This document shows positions 48,682 to 60,222 of a stretch of 64,000 nucleotides of DNA, one piece after another. Within the stretch, counting starts at the first letter, position 1; each line of letters begins with the position of its first letter. Location of the stretch: NCBI GenBank assembly GCA_021791275.1, contig JAJYWX010000007.1, positions 4,918 to 68,917 on the forward strand. Direction: 5' to 3'. Under the pieces are notes generated by a model. The model was not told where the DNA came from. It was given only the letters and a program-made list of their open reading frames with translations, and did no database searches. Source of the DNA: a bacterium. GTDB taxonomy: Bacteria; Patescibacteriota; Dojkabacteria; JAKAPS01; JAJZLI01. A program made the position numbers and the translations under genes.

Positions 48682-50507
48682 TAAAAATTTCCAGTGGCTA
48701 TATAAGTTACATTATCTATATATTCTCCCGCGGGTGTCGTAACAGATGCAGATGCAATATAATTTACTGCGACTGTTGCGTTTTGCTCTGGCAGGCTTGT
48801 TTGGGCAAGTATTTGTGTCTGAGTATTCAAAAGTCCTCCGACCGAAAATCCTGAAGAGTTAAAAGGGGACAATATATTTATATTTGTTCCTGTTGCATTA
48901 ATACCATAATTTTGATTACCATTTGTGATTGTTCCAGTAGATGATTTAATTACATATTGATTAGAAGAATTTACAACATAAGATGATAGGGTCACCGTAG
49001 GTTCTGGATTTGAGTATGGTCTTGCGATAATATTATCCCAGTAAGTTACTCCAGTACCAGCATCCCCAACTAACCCAATATATCCTCCATTATTAGTTAC
49101 AGTATAGGTTCCAATGAAAGTTCCAAAGTTGTTAGGATTGTCTCCTGTAGTAGTGTTATAGTATAAAGATGCTTGCGATCCTGCCATGATAATTGAGAAT
49201 TTATACCAAGTATTCGTTGTAAGATAGGTACTTGATGATGGAGCATTCCAATTTGTCCAAGAGGAAGTTGTTGCAAATCCTGAAGGGGATCCTCCTCTTC
49301 CATCTAGCCTGAACATCTGTCCTGCACCAGAGGAGTTTGTTAAAAAGAAAAAATCTCCCAATACAGAGGTATTTACATTAAATGTAATAACTTCATTTTC
49401 TGATACATTTGCATTTATATACATATAGTCTCCAGTACTTCCATCAGCATAATAAGATGGCGCAGGATTCCCTACAGTAGTACTTTGTCCTGCAGTTCCA
49501 GATATTGTCCAATTTGCTATGCTATTTCCTTGGTCAAAATATGGGAATACACTGTTACCAGATGATAAAGATGGCAAATTTAAATTTCCATAATAAAGAT
49601 CGATGTTAATATTGGATGATGCAGGAATGGAAGGTATTTTGACCCATATTTCAGTATTAGTAGTATTGCAATTATTTACCCAATAAGAGAGTTCATTTCC
49701 AGAGGAATCAGTTATACGTATATCTCCACAGGTATTTTCCATCTGCCCAGATGCAATTAATTGTTGAGTATTCATGGTTACCTCTACTGGATAATTTGTG
49801 AGAGTATTTGTATTGGAGCTATTGTTTATTGTTATGGATTGATAATATATATCATTTCCGGGGAACGGTAGTAGGAGTAATCCTCCGTATTCATCCTCAA
49901 CTGATATATTTGCCCCATTTTGAGAATTTGTTGTTAGAGATAATGAATTACTTTGTTCTACAGGGCTTTGATATGAAATTAATCCTAAATCTATATTATT
50001 AGAGCTAACACCAAAGGTTATATATGGTTGAACATTAACTGATAATTGTACACTTGAGGAGGACAAGATCACAACACCTACTCCAGCTGTGTCTCCAGAG
50101 GAGTCAGACACGTCTATAATATACTGATTGGTATCAGTTGATGGGCTAGAAGGATTAACTGCGTAGATGCCATCTATATTTACTTGAAATCCAGGATTTT
50201 CTGCCGAAGTTGTTGTTGTTATAGTTACGGTATTTCCTGAAACTGAAAATGTAGATCCTGATAGATTTGATGTTGCAGAAGTGGTAGACACAGAAGAGAA
50301 AGAAGGTGGGAATGTTATCGTTACTGATCCATCTGCGGGGATTCCAGAGGAGGCAGTAAATATAATATTATTGTTGCTTGTTTGAGATACAAGGCTATTT
50401 GACATTATATCCTCTATTGGGGTAAGTCTAGCTGCATATACTTTAAATAGAATTGGAATTGCAATAAAAAATATAACAAGGAATATTGCAAAAGATATCT
50501 TTTTCAT
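48681..50507 (-). CDS. Large secreted S/T/N-rich protein with the conserved C-terminal ...TPAGEYIDNVTYIATGNF module
   Basis: Signal peptide; the internal PSTDTNQYIIDVSDSSGD block and the C-terminal 70 aa are shared with 51446-52576; a concanavalin/LamG-like central region. Confidence 0.4.
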   Translation of the reverse strand: MKKISFAIFLVIFFIAIPILFKVYAARLTPIEDIMSNSLVSQTSNNNIIFTASSGIPADGSVTITFPPSFSSVSTTSATSNLSGSTFSVSGNTVTITTTTSAENPGFQVNIDGIYAVNPSSPSTDTNQYIIDVSDSSGDTAGVGVVILSSSSVQLSVNVQPYITFGVSSNNIDLGLISYQSPVEQSNSLSLTTNSQNGANISVEDEYGGLLLLPFPGNDIYYQSITINNSSNTNTLTNYPVEVTMNTQQLIASGQMENTCGDIRITDSSGNELSYWVNNCNTTNTEIWVKIPSIPASSNINIDLYYGNLNLPSLSSGNSVFPYFDQGNSIANWTISGTAGQSTTVGNPAPSYYADGSTGDYMYINANVSENEVITFNVNTSVLGDFFFLTNSSGAGQMFRLDGRGGSPSGFATTSSWTNWNAPSSSTYLTTNTWYKFSIIMAGSQASLYYNTTTGDNPNNFGTFIGTYTVTNNGGYIGLVGDAGTGVTYWDNIIARPYSNPEPTVTLSSYVVNSSNQYVIKSSTGTITNGNQNYGINATGTNINILSPFNSSGFSVGGLLNTQTQILAQTSLPEQNATVAVNYIASASVTTPAGEYIDNVTYIATGNF

Positions 50508-50569
50508 ATATTTATTATATTATAGTAGCCTTTATTGTCAAATATTTTACTTTATCTTAATATGGAGGT
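50508..50569. promoter_or_regulatory. Divergent promoter region between the two surface-protein operons
   Basis: 62-bp AT-rich gap containing ttgtca and taatat-like hexamers, with GGAGG 8 bp before the 50570 start. Confidence 0.3.
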
Positions 50570-51358
50570 ATGTATAAAATTTTTCTGTCTCTGATCTTTT
50601 TATCTATTCTTGTATCTCCGGTATATGCAGATTCGAGTGTGTCTCAATATTATCCTAGTTTAGTAAATAATATAAAAAATGGCGATATAGTTTCAGTTGG
50701 AGGAAATAATATAGTATTGGGTGTTTATCCAACAGCGGTTTCTAATAGTAACAATATATTGGGGGTTATAGATGAAAGTTCAAATATAGTAGTTGGTATA
50801 AAAAATAATTATAGCTATCCCGTTGTATCTTCAGGTATTGTTCAAGTATTGGTGTCAAATATTAACGGCGATATTTATAAGGGGGATTATATTACATCGT
50901 CTGATATACCTGGGGTTGGAGAAAAAAATACCCAAAATGGAGAAATATTAGGAAAAAGCTTATCCAATTTCTCTTATAAAAAATATCTATATAAAAAAGA
51001 TGTAAAAGTTAATGGGCAAAATAAGGTGGTGTTGGTTGAATATATTCCAGTAATTCTTGGTATCACATATTATTCAAACAATAATAATTTTACGGGAATT
51101 CTAATATCGGTTGGACGTGATATATCTGGTAAAAACGTACCATTCTTTAACCTTATTATGGCTATAGTAGTAGTTCTTGCGGGGTTAATAACTTTAATAT
51201 ATGGTATAGGTGTATCTTTAAAACACTCACTTTTAGGTATATCTAGAAATCCTTTGTCAAAAAATTCAGTTCAGAAGAATTTATTATTTATAATAACTTC
51301 CTTGGTGTTTATTTTTATAGTAACACTTGTTATAGGGTATTTAATATTAATTCTTTAA
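50570..51358 (+). CDS. Secreted/membrane protein with a C-terminal two-helix hairpin carrying a GIG...SRNPL loop (paralog of 59408-60178)
   Basis: Signal peptide; shared KGDYITSSDIPGVGE block; C-terminus LIYGIGVSLKHSLLGISRNPLSKNSVQKNLLFIITSLVFIFIVTLVIGYLILIL. Confidence 0.4.
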   Translation: MYKIFLSLIFLSILVSPVYADSSVSQYYPSLVNNIKNGDIVSVGGNNIVLGVYPTAVSNSNNILGVIDESSNIVVGIKNNYSYPVVSSGIVQVLVSNINGDIYKGDYITSSDIPGVGEKNTQNGEILGKSLSNFSYKKYLYKKDVKVNGQNKVVLVEYIPVILGITYYSNNNNFTGILISVGRDISGKNVPFFNLIMAIVVVLAGLITLIYGIGVSLKHSLLGISRNPLSKNSVQKNLLFIITSLVFIFIVTLVIGYLILIL

Positions 51359-51399
51359 TTTCTAAATATTTAATTATAATAAAGTGGAGATAAGATGTA

Positions 51400-51428
51400 T
51401 TGACAAAAATATTTAAATAGAATACATT
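51400..51428 (+). promoter_or_regulatory. Candidate sigma70-like promoter
   Basis: TTGACA (51400-51405), 17 bp, TACATT (51423-51428), about 20-30 bp upstream of the 51446/51458 start. Confidence 0.25.
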
Positions 51429-51445
51429 GAAAATAAATAATATTT

Positions 51446-52576
51446 GTGAGGAATTTTATGTTCAAAAATAGTAAAAAATATATAAGAGTAGGTTTGATTT
51501 CTACTTTGTCTTTTGCCTTGGTACTTACATTCTCTCCATTTTTGGAATTTTTTTCACTTCATGCAACAACTAATATTTCTCCTATAACAGATACTTTGTC
51601 TTCATCAGGTACAGGTACAAGTGGACCAGAGTCTGCAAGTGCTACTGGAGTTAGTCAAACAATACAATATACTGCACCTACAGCACTTGCTAGTGGATCC
51701 ACGATTGATTTATACATACAGACTGGATCAACTATTGGTGGAGGAGAGGCAACTACTGCATTTAGTGCTGTTACGGCAACTTCCTCATTTTCAGTTACAG
51801 CTGCAGGTACAACTGTCGCAACTTCTGCAGATGAGACAACAACAACTAATGCAACAGATTCAAATTTTTCAGGATATACATTTACAGAAATAGCAATAAC
51901 TACAACTGGGGCAATAGCATCGGGAAATGCTATTGTTATAAGTGGTATTACTGCAACTAATCCATCAACCCCTTCTTCTTCAACCAATCAGTATATTATA
52001 GATTTAACTGATTCTGGTGGAGATGATGGATATATGGCTGTTCCTATACTTACAAATAGTACAGTCACAGTAACTGGTAGGGTTACTCCAAGTATAACAT
52101 TGGCATTATCTTCTAATGCTACTAGTTTTGGTATTTTGCAAGTTGGTGTTGTTAATACTTCATCACCAGCAACAACTTTGACTTTATCAACAAATGCAAA
52201 AGATGGCGCATCAATAACAGTAAATGATACAGGTTCAGGTACAACTCCAGGTTTGTATAATTCTTTAGCTCCACATACAATTGCAAGTGCAACTGCAACT
52301 TTAGCAGCAGGTACAGAAGGATATGGTATAAATGCAGCTTTAACATCAACTGCAGGAAGTGGGGGTGTAGTAGGGTCTATGACTGTAAGTTCTCCATATA
52401 ATGGAACGGGAGATTCTGTTGGAGGATTAACATTAACTCCTACAACTTTAGCAACAACGACAACTCCAATTTATTTAGATACAGTACAAGTTAATTACCT
52501 TGCAGCTATTTCAGTTGTTACTCCTGCAGGTATTTATACTGATAATGTAACCTATCTTGCCACAGGTAATTTTTAA
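51446..52576 (+). CDS. Secreted S/T-rich protein with the conserved C-terminal ...TPAGIYTDNVTYLATGNF module (paralog of 48681-50507)
   Basis: Shares PSTPSSSTNQYIIDLTDSGGD and the C-terminal about 70 aa with the 608-aa protein. The first codon is GTG; an ATG lies 12 bp downstream. Confidence 0.4.
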   Translation: MRNFMFKNSKKYIRVGLISTLSFALVLTFSPFLEFFSLHATTNISPITDTLSSSGTGTSGPESASATGVSQTIQYTAPTALASGSTIDLYIQTGSTIGGGEATTAFSAVTATSSFSVTAAGTTVATSADETTTTNATDSNFSGYTFTEIAITTTGAIASGNAIVISGITATNPSTPSSSTNQYIIDLTDSGGDDGYMAVPILTNSTVTVTGRVTPSITLALSSNATSFGILQVGVVNTSSPATTLTLSTNAKDGASITVNDTGSGTTPGLYNSLAPHTIASATATLAAGTEGYGINAALTSTAGSGGVVGSMTVSSPYNGTGDSVGGLTLTPTTLATTTTPIYLDTVQVNYLAAISVVTPAGIYTDNVTYLATGNF

Positions 52577-52584
52577 AAAATTAG

Positions 52585-53538
52585 ATGAAGAAAATTTTTG
52601 TAATATGTTTGGTAACACTGTCCATATCATTTTTAACTGTTAAAGTTTTTGCAGCTAGTAGGTTTGTTGGAAATCTCAACAGTTCAAATTCATCTAAAGA
52701 GGGGGTAACTCTTTCGGGTGTTACTATATCTCCTATTCTTTCTACAGTGTCTATAAATAAAGGTCAAACTTTGACAGAGAATGTATCTGCTTTTGATAAT
52801 AACTTGACCCCAATAAATGTACATGTAGTTTTTGCAAATTTCGTCTCTGCTAATGAATATGGACAGCCTAGGTTTGAAAAAATATTTAAATCTAATATAA
52901 ACGATGGAGATCTAACTGTTTCATCTCAGCCAAGTGTTCTCTTAAAGTCGAGAACGCCAACAAGTATCCCCATAACAATATCTGCAAAATCATACGCATT
53001 ACCTGGGGAATATTTCATTGGAGTTTTTGCTGATATATCGAAGTTCGTTCCAGGGAAGCAAGTTCAAGTTTTTGGAGCAGTAGGCTCTCTTTTTCTTATA
53101 AGGATAGCTGGAAATTCCAAAGAAACAGGGTTTATTAAATCTTTCTCAGCGAATAGTCCATTTTTCACATCTCTTCCTGTTAATTTTACTACAGATTTTG
53201 TTGACTCAGGCAATGTACATCTTATTCCAGAAGGAGAGATAGATATATATAATATGTTTGGTCAAAAGGTAAAAACAATAACTTTTAATCCCAATAACAA
53301 TATAGTTTTACCTGTAGGTGTAAATCAAAGAATTTTCTCAAATACTTGGAATTCAAATTCTTTACTTTTTGGACAATATACTGCAAGATTATTTCTAACA
53401 TATGGTTATAATAAGGTTACTACGGTTGAAGCAGATAGTACATTTTGGGTGGTTCCTTATTGGATTATAATAATAATTGTTCTTGTATTTATATTTATAT
53501 TATGGCAAATCATCGCAAGATTGCTCAGGCGATTCTAA
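52585..53538 (+). CDS. Secreted protein with C-terminal TM anchor plus basic tail (paralog of 47785-48681)
   Basis: GNVHLIPEGEIDIYNMFGQKVK / FGQYTARLFLTYGYNKV blocks; C-terminus WIIIIIVLVFIFILWQIIARLLRRF. Confidence 0.4.
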   Translation: MKKIFVICLVTLSISFLTVKVFAASRFVGNLNSSNSSKEGVTLSGVTISPILSTVSINKGQTLTENVSAFDNNLTPINVHVVFANFVSANEYGQPRFEKIFKSNINDGDLTVSSQPSVLLKSRTPTSIPITISAKSYALPGEYFIGVFADISKFVPGKQVQVFGAVGSLFLIRIAGNSKETGFIKSFSANSPFFTSLPVNFTTDFVDSGNVHLIPEGEIDIYNMFGQKVKTITFNPNNNIVLPVGVNQRIFSNTWNSNSLLFGQYTARLFLTYGYNKVTTVEADSTFWVVPYWIIIIIVLVFIFILWQIIARLLRRF

Positions 53539-54257
53539 TATTTTTATTAGTTTTTTTTCTATTTGGAGTTAAATCTTTATATGCAACATCCGTGACTGTT
53601 GAGGGGTATACTCCTCTACTTTCAAATTGGGCTAATTTGATTTCTTACCATAGTACTATAGAAATAATTCCTCAAAATATTATATACGGCAAAAAGGCAA
53701 AAGTCATAGTTACGATTTATTCTTATGGTAAAAAAAATCCTCTAATAGATCAGAGGGTTGTATTATCTTCCCCTCAAGAGAGCAAAAAACTAAAAATTTT
53801 TCAGCCACAGAAACCAACAAATAAATATGGGAAAACTGTAGGATATATAGAATCGGATTATAATCAATCTCAGGTATATACTATTCTTGCTCTAGATACA
53901 ACCTATACAGAATATCCTATACTTATAAAGGAAAATGCCAATCTTAATTATGCACCAACGTCTAATTATCACTCATCCAATCCGCTGGGTTTTATCTCTA
54001 ATGCAAATTCACTGATAATATTTATAAATATTGTGATATTTCTAATTTTGCTTATTTCAATAAATTATCTTGTTTTTATAAAAAAAATAAAGGATGAGGG
54101 AAAGTTCAAAAATACTATTAGGTTTATAAGGGATTACCTTATATTGTATATAATATCTATCCTCATAACAGTGTTTGATTATAATATTTTTAACCTTATA
54201 ATAATTATACTTAGTGTTTTAATTTTAATTGAATATTTTCTATATATTTTATTGTAA
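53502..54257 (+). CDS. Hypothetical protein with a signal peptide, soluble domain and C-terminal multi-TM region
   Basis: Start taken at the internal MANHRKIAQAILIFLLVFF (the track start at 53445 overlaps the upstream gene by 94 bp). Confidence 0.3.
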   Translation: MANHRKIAQAILIFLLVFFLFGVKSLYATSVTVEGYTPLLSNWANLISYHSTIEIIPQNIIYGKKAKVIVTIYSYGKKNPLIDQRVVLSSPQESKKLKIFQPQKPTNKYGKTVGYIESDYNQSQVYTILALDTTYTEYPILIKENANLNYAPTSNYHSSNPLGFISNANSLIIFINIVIFLILLISINYLVFIKKIKDEGKFKNTIRFIRDYLILYIISILITVFDYNIFNLIIIILSVLILIEYFLYILL

Positions 54258-54308
54258 AAACTTATATATAATGCTAAATTATATATATAAAATTAATACA
54301 ATAAGTAT

Positions 54309-55091
54309 ATGATTCTAACCTATGCCCTAGCACTATTTATAATAGTACTTATTTTGCTTTTAATATTTATATTATTTTTTTTTAAAAAAGGTCTTAATAA
54401 TAAATCCACACCTTCAGAGCGAAAAGTAATATCTGTGATTGATGATGCCAATAAGAAAGCAGAAGATATTTTAGATCAAGCGAAATTTTCTTCAGATAGA
54501 ATAAACCAAATATATACTACTCTAAGTACGAAATTCGAAGAGGATATAAAAAAGCTTTATGAAGAGAAGTTAAAGCAGATAGAGAATAATATTAAAATAA
54601 AAGGTGATAGTATAGATAATATAAATACTCAATTTGTAAAGAATCTCGAAGAATCTGTTAATAATTTTAATACGAAATCAGATGATTTTAAAAAAATGTA
54701 TGACAAGGCATTAGCTGATTTCGAAAGGTCTTTAAATTTGCTTTTTCAAGATATATCAGAAAGAACACAAAATAATCTTTCAAATTTTTCAAAAATGAAC
54801 TTAGAGCTTTATGACAAAGATTTAGCTCAAATAGAGGAGAATACAACGAAGATAATATCCGATATGGTTGAACAAGAAAGAGCAAAATTCACATCGTTAT
54901 CAGACCAGATAAAGGAAGAATCTCAAAAAATGAGGGAAGAGCTTGTAAATTCTCTAAATAAAGATGCCGCAGTTGTAGTATCAAGAGTTGTTAAAGAAGT
55001 ACTAAATTTATCCTTAGATATGAATGACCAAGAAGAATATATTTTTGATACATTAAATAAACATATAGAAGAGATAAAAAATGGACTATAA
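54309..55091 (+). CDS. atpF: ATP synthase Fo subunit b-like (N-terminal TM plus long coiled coil)
   Basis: Single N-terminal TM helix, then about 220 aa of heptad-rich sequence; located immediately upstream of atpH-A-G-D-C. Confidence 0.5.
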   Translation: MILTYALALFIIVLILLLIFILFFFKKGLNNKSTPSERKVISVIDDANKKAEDILDQAKFSSDRINQIYTTLSTKFEEDIKKLYEEKLKQIENNIKIKGDSIDNINTQFVKNLEESVNNFNTKSDDFKKMYDKALADFERSLNLLFQDISERTQNNLSNFSKMNLELYDKDLAQIEENTTKIISDMVEQERAKFTSLSDQIKEESQKMREELVNSLNKDAAVVVSRVVKEVLNLSLDMNDQEEYIFDTLNKHIEEIKNGL

Positions 55092-55572
55092 TCTACTTCA
55101 AAGAATAAATGATTATGAGGAATTAGAGATATTCTTGATATCTTTAAATAAATATTTAGAGGACCTCTATGAGTATTCATTAAAAGAGAAAAAAAATCTT
55201 AAATCTCAAGATATTGTTTCTACACTAAATCCTACATTGAAAGTTATAATAGAGTCTTTATATGGAGATGTTTTGACTGATGAGGGTAAAATGAAAGAAG
55301 TACAAATGAAGTTTTTAGATTTAAAAAATAGTATAAAGATTGTTACTTTGGTTTTTAATATAGAAGTGGATTCTGAATTTAAACTTAAATTAAAGGATTT
55401 CTTTTTGAAGAAAATTTCAAAAGATGTATTATTGAAATATAAAATAAATTCAGATATCGGTGGTGGGATTATTATACAAACGGACAAAAGTTATTTTGAT
55501 TTTTCATTTGATTCAATACTTCGAGATAAGAGGGATAATATTGTTGATATAATAAATAATGCTAAAGTTTAA
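55081..55572 (+). CDS. atpH: ATP synthase subunit delta (OSCP)
   Basis: C-terminal IGGGIIIQTDKSYFDFSFDSIL matches the delta 'iGG.i.r.gd..iDgS' block; operon position. Confidence 0.6.
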   Translation: MDYNLLQRINDYEELEIFLISLNKYLEDLYEYSLKEKKNLKSQDIVSTLNPTLKVIIESLYGDVLTDEGKMKEVQMKFLDLKNSIKIVTLVFNIEVDSEFKLKLKDFFLKKISKDVLLKYKINSDIGGGIIIQTDKSYFDFSFDSILRDKRDNIVDIINNAKV

Positions 55573-56968
55573 AGATCTTCTTCGTAGTGGAGTTACAATT
55601 GGAAAAGTTACATCTGTTAGTGGAATAACGTGTACAGTTAAGGGGCTTAAAAATTTAAAAGTTGGGGCTATACTTTTATTTGAATCTGACTCTATTGGTT
55701 TTGTTAAATCTATTAATGAGGAATTTGCACTAATTCTTATTCTTGAAGATAATGGTATGCTTCCCGGAGAGATAGTTCTGCTTTATAGAGATAGTCTTCA
55801 AATTCCTGTAGGGGATAATTTTCTAGGAAGAGTTATAAATATCCTAGGAGAACCACTAGATTCAATGAATATAGTTAAAGAAGAGCAGTACAGAGATATT
55901 TTTCATGAAGCTTATCCAATAATGAAAAGGGACGATATAAAGGAGCAAATAGAGACGGGTTTTATTCCAATTGATACACTCATTCCAATAGCCTTTGGTC
56001 AGAGAGAGGCTATATTAGGGGATAATAAGACGGGAAAAACTTCATTTGTGCTAGATTTAGTTAAAAATCAAAAAGACAAGGCAATAGTTGTATATGTAAT
56101 TATAGGGAAGAAATCAGATGAAGTCCTATCAACTATATCTTATTTAAGAGAAACGGGTGCTATGGAGTATACTGTTGTAATTGTGGCTCCATCAACATCT
56201 CTTCCTGTCATATCATATCTTGCACCATATGCCGGTTGTGCCATGGCTGAATATTTTTGGGAGAAACAAAGGAATACTATTATTGTATATGATGATCTTT
56301 CAGAGCATGCTAAAAGTTACAGAGAGTTATCATTACTTTCAAATGTATCTCCGGGAAGAGATTCCTACCCTTCAGACATATTTGCTCAACATGCACATCT
56401 TCTTGAGAGAGCAGGAAGAATTAAAGACAATAAAGGTTCCTTAACAGCTCTTCCAATAGTATCTGTTAGCAATAATGATCTTACTGGATATATCGCAACT
56501 AATATAATATCTATAACAGATGGACAGATCTTTTTTGATAAAGATTTATTTTTGAAAGGTAACAGGCCTTCAATTAATACAAGAATATCAATATCTCGTA
56601 TTGGAAAGAGAGTGCAAGATAAGTATATGCAAACCCTTGCAGACGATATTAATTTGGCATTGGTAAAATATACCCAGTCTGAGAGATTTTCACATTTTGG
56701 AACAAATCTTTCAGAAAGTTTACTGGAAGATTTATATATGGGAGAAAAGCTAAATACTTTATTTAACCAGAATATTGGAGAGACATATTCTTTATTTGAA
56801 CAGAGGGTTTTGGCAACACTACTTTTATATTATAAACTTCCGAATTTTCATGAAGGGGATATAAACTATATAAAAGAAAGAGTTAAGGAAATTGGCTATA
56901 TTAAAGATTTTACAAAAGATAATTTAAATGAGAGTTTAATTAAATATTTATTACCAAGGAATAAATAA
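55559..56968 (+). CDS. atpA: ATP synthase F1 subunit alpha (atypical P-loop GDNKTGKTS)
   Basis: LPIVSVSNNDLTGYIATNIISITDGQIFFDKDLFLKGNRPSINTRISISRIG is the alpha signature. The P-loop reads GDNKTGKTS versus canonical GDRQTGKT. Confidence 0.85.
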   Translation: MLKFKDLLRSGVTIGKVTSVSGITCTVKGLKNLKVGAILLFESDSIGFVKSINEEFALILILEDNGMLPGEIVLLYRDSLQIPVGDNFLGRVINILGEPLDSMNIVKEEQYRDIFHEAYPIMKRDDIKEQIETGFIPIDTLIPIAFGQREAILGDNKTGKTSFVLDLVKNQKDKAIVVYVIIGKKSDEVLSTISYLRETGAMEYTVVIVAPSTSLPVISYLAPYAGCAMAEYFWEKQRNTIIVYDDLSEHAKSYRELSLLSNVSPGRDSYPSDIFAQHAHLLERAGRIKDNKGSLTALPIVSVSNNDLTGYIATNIISITDGQIFFDKDLFLKGNRPSINTRISISRIGKRVQDKYMQTLADDINLALVKYTQSERFSHFGTNLSESLLEDLYMGEKLNTLFNQNIGETYSLFEQRVLATLLLYYKLPNFHEGDINYIKERVKEIGYIKDFTKDNLNESLIKYLLPRNK

Positions 56969-56971
56969 ATT

Positions 56972-59150
<2,179 letters not shown>

Positions 59151-59153
59151 AGT

Positions 59154-59411
59154 ATGGAAGATAATCTTTTTTATGTAAAAATTTTGTCTCTTTCTGGTGA
59201 AATTTTCTCAGGGGAGGTGTATTCATTATCTGCTAAAAATTCAATGGGGAATTTTGATATACTAAAATATCATACTAACTTTATTACATTACTAGAGCCT
59301 GGTCAAATAAAATTTAGGATAAAAAATTTTAAAACATATTCAAAAGAAGATATAAAAAATGGATTTTTGATATTTGAAGATAATAAAGCCGAGGTTTTTA
59401 TTAATTTCTAA
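59154..59411 (+). CDS. atpC: ATP synthase F1 subunit epsilon, N-terminal beta-sandwich domain only (85 aa)
   Basis: VKILSLSGEIFSGEVYSLSAKNSMGNFDILKYHTNFITLLEPGQIKFRI matches the epsilon N-domain; no C-terminal helical hairpin. Confidence 0.65.
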   Translation: MEDNLFYVKILSLSGEIFSGEVYSLSAKNSMGNFDILKYHTNFITLLEPGQIKFRIKNFKTYSKEDIKNGFLIFEDNKAEVFINF

Positions 59412-60178
59412 AAAAGAGTTATTATATAACTTATAAGTATTCCAGCTATTACAATACCAATTGATATGGCAGCTACTTTATAAAAATTTCTTATTATTTC
59501 TGATTTATTCAGAGGATTTCTAGATGTGTTTTTTATTGTATTTCTGGCACTTCTTGCTATGATTGTCATAGCAAGAATAACTGATGCTATAAGTATAAAT
59601 ATTATTGAAACTAGTTGTGCAAGACTTAAGGTCTTTCTTATCTGAGGGTTTCCAATTGAATAGGCAAGAGGTGAAAAACTGTCTTCTCCAGTATTAACAT
59701 TTATATAGTTTATATCTATCAATACAGGTAGTTTTTCTATATATGTTCCATCATATTTTTTTGCACTGTTGATATTGAAGTTTGAAAGAGCCTTACCAAT
59801 GCTAACTCCCTTCCCTGCCAATTCCTCTCCTATTCCCGGTATATTTGAAGAAGTGATATAGTCTCCCTTTTGAATATTCCCATTTGAATTGGATACATAG
59901 GTATAAGCAATTCCTGATATTGCAATACTTACTTCTCCTGAGTAGGAGTTTTGGTTTGCTATTCCTGTAAATTGAGAGATATTATTATTGTTTGTGAGTC
60001 TTGCATAATTATTAATTACTGATATAAGCTCACCACTTTTTATATTTGCTTTGGTGTTATATTGAGAAGATACAGATTGGGCTGATATAGGATTTAAATG
60101 TGCTGTTAATATTAATAAAAATATTAGATTGGCAAAAAAAATGGTTAATTTAGCCTTAAGCTTGACAAAATCTGGCAT
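59408..60178 (-). CDS. Secreted/membrane protein with a C-terminal two-helix hairpin carrying a ...SRNPLNK loop (paralog of 50570-51358)
   Basis: Shares KGDYITSSNIPGIGE and the SRNPL loop with the 262-aa protein; lies convergent to atpC. Confidence 0.4.
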   Translation of the reverse strand: MPDFVKLKAKLTIFFANLIFLLILTAHLNPISAQSVSSQYNTKANIKSGELISVINNYARLTNNNNISQFTGIANQNSYSGEVSIAISGIAYTYVSNSNGNIQKGDYITSSNIPGIGEELAGKGVSIGKALSNFNINSAKKYDGTYIEKLPVLIDINYINVNTGEDSFSPLAYSIGNPQIRKTLSLAQLVSIIFILIASVILAMTIIARSARNTIKNTSRNPLNKSEIIRNFYKVAAISIGIVIAGILISYIITLF

Positions 60179-60222
60179 AAGAATAATAATTTACTAAAGT
60201 TTAATTTATCAATATCAGTATT

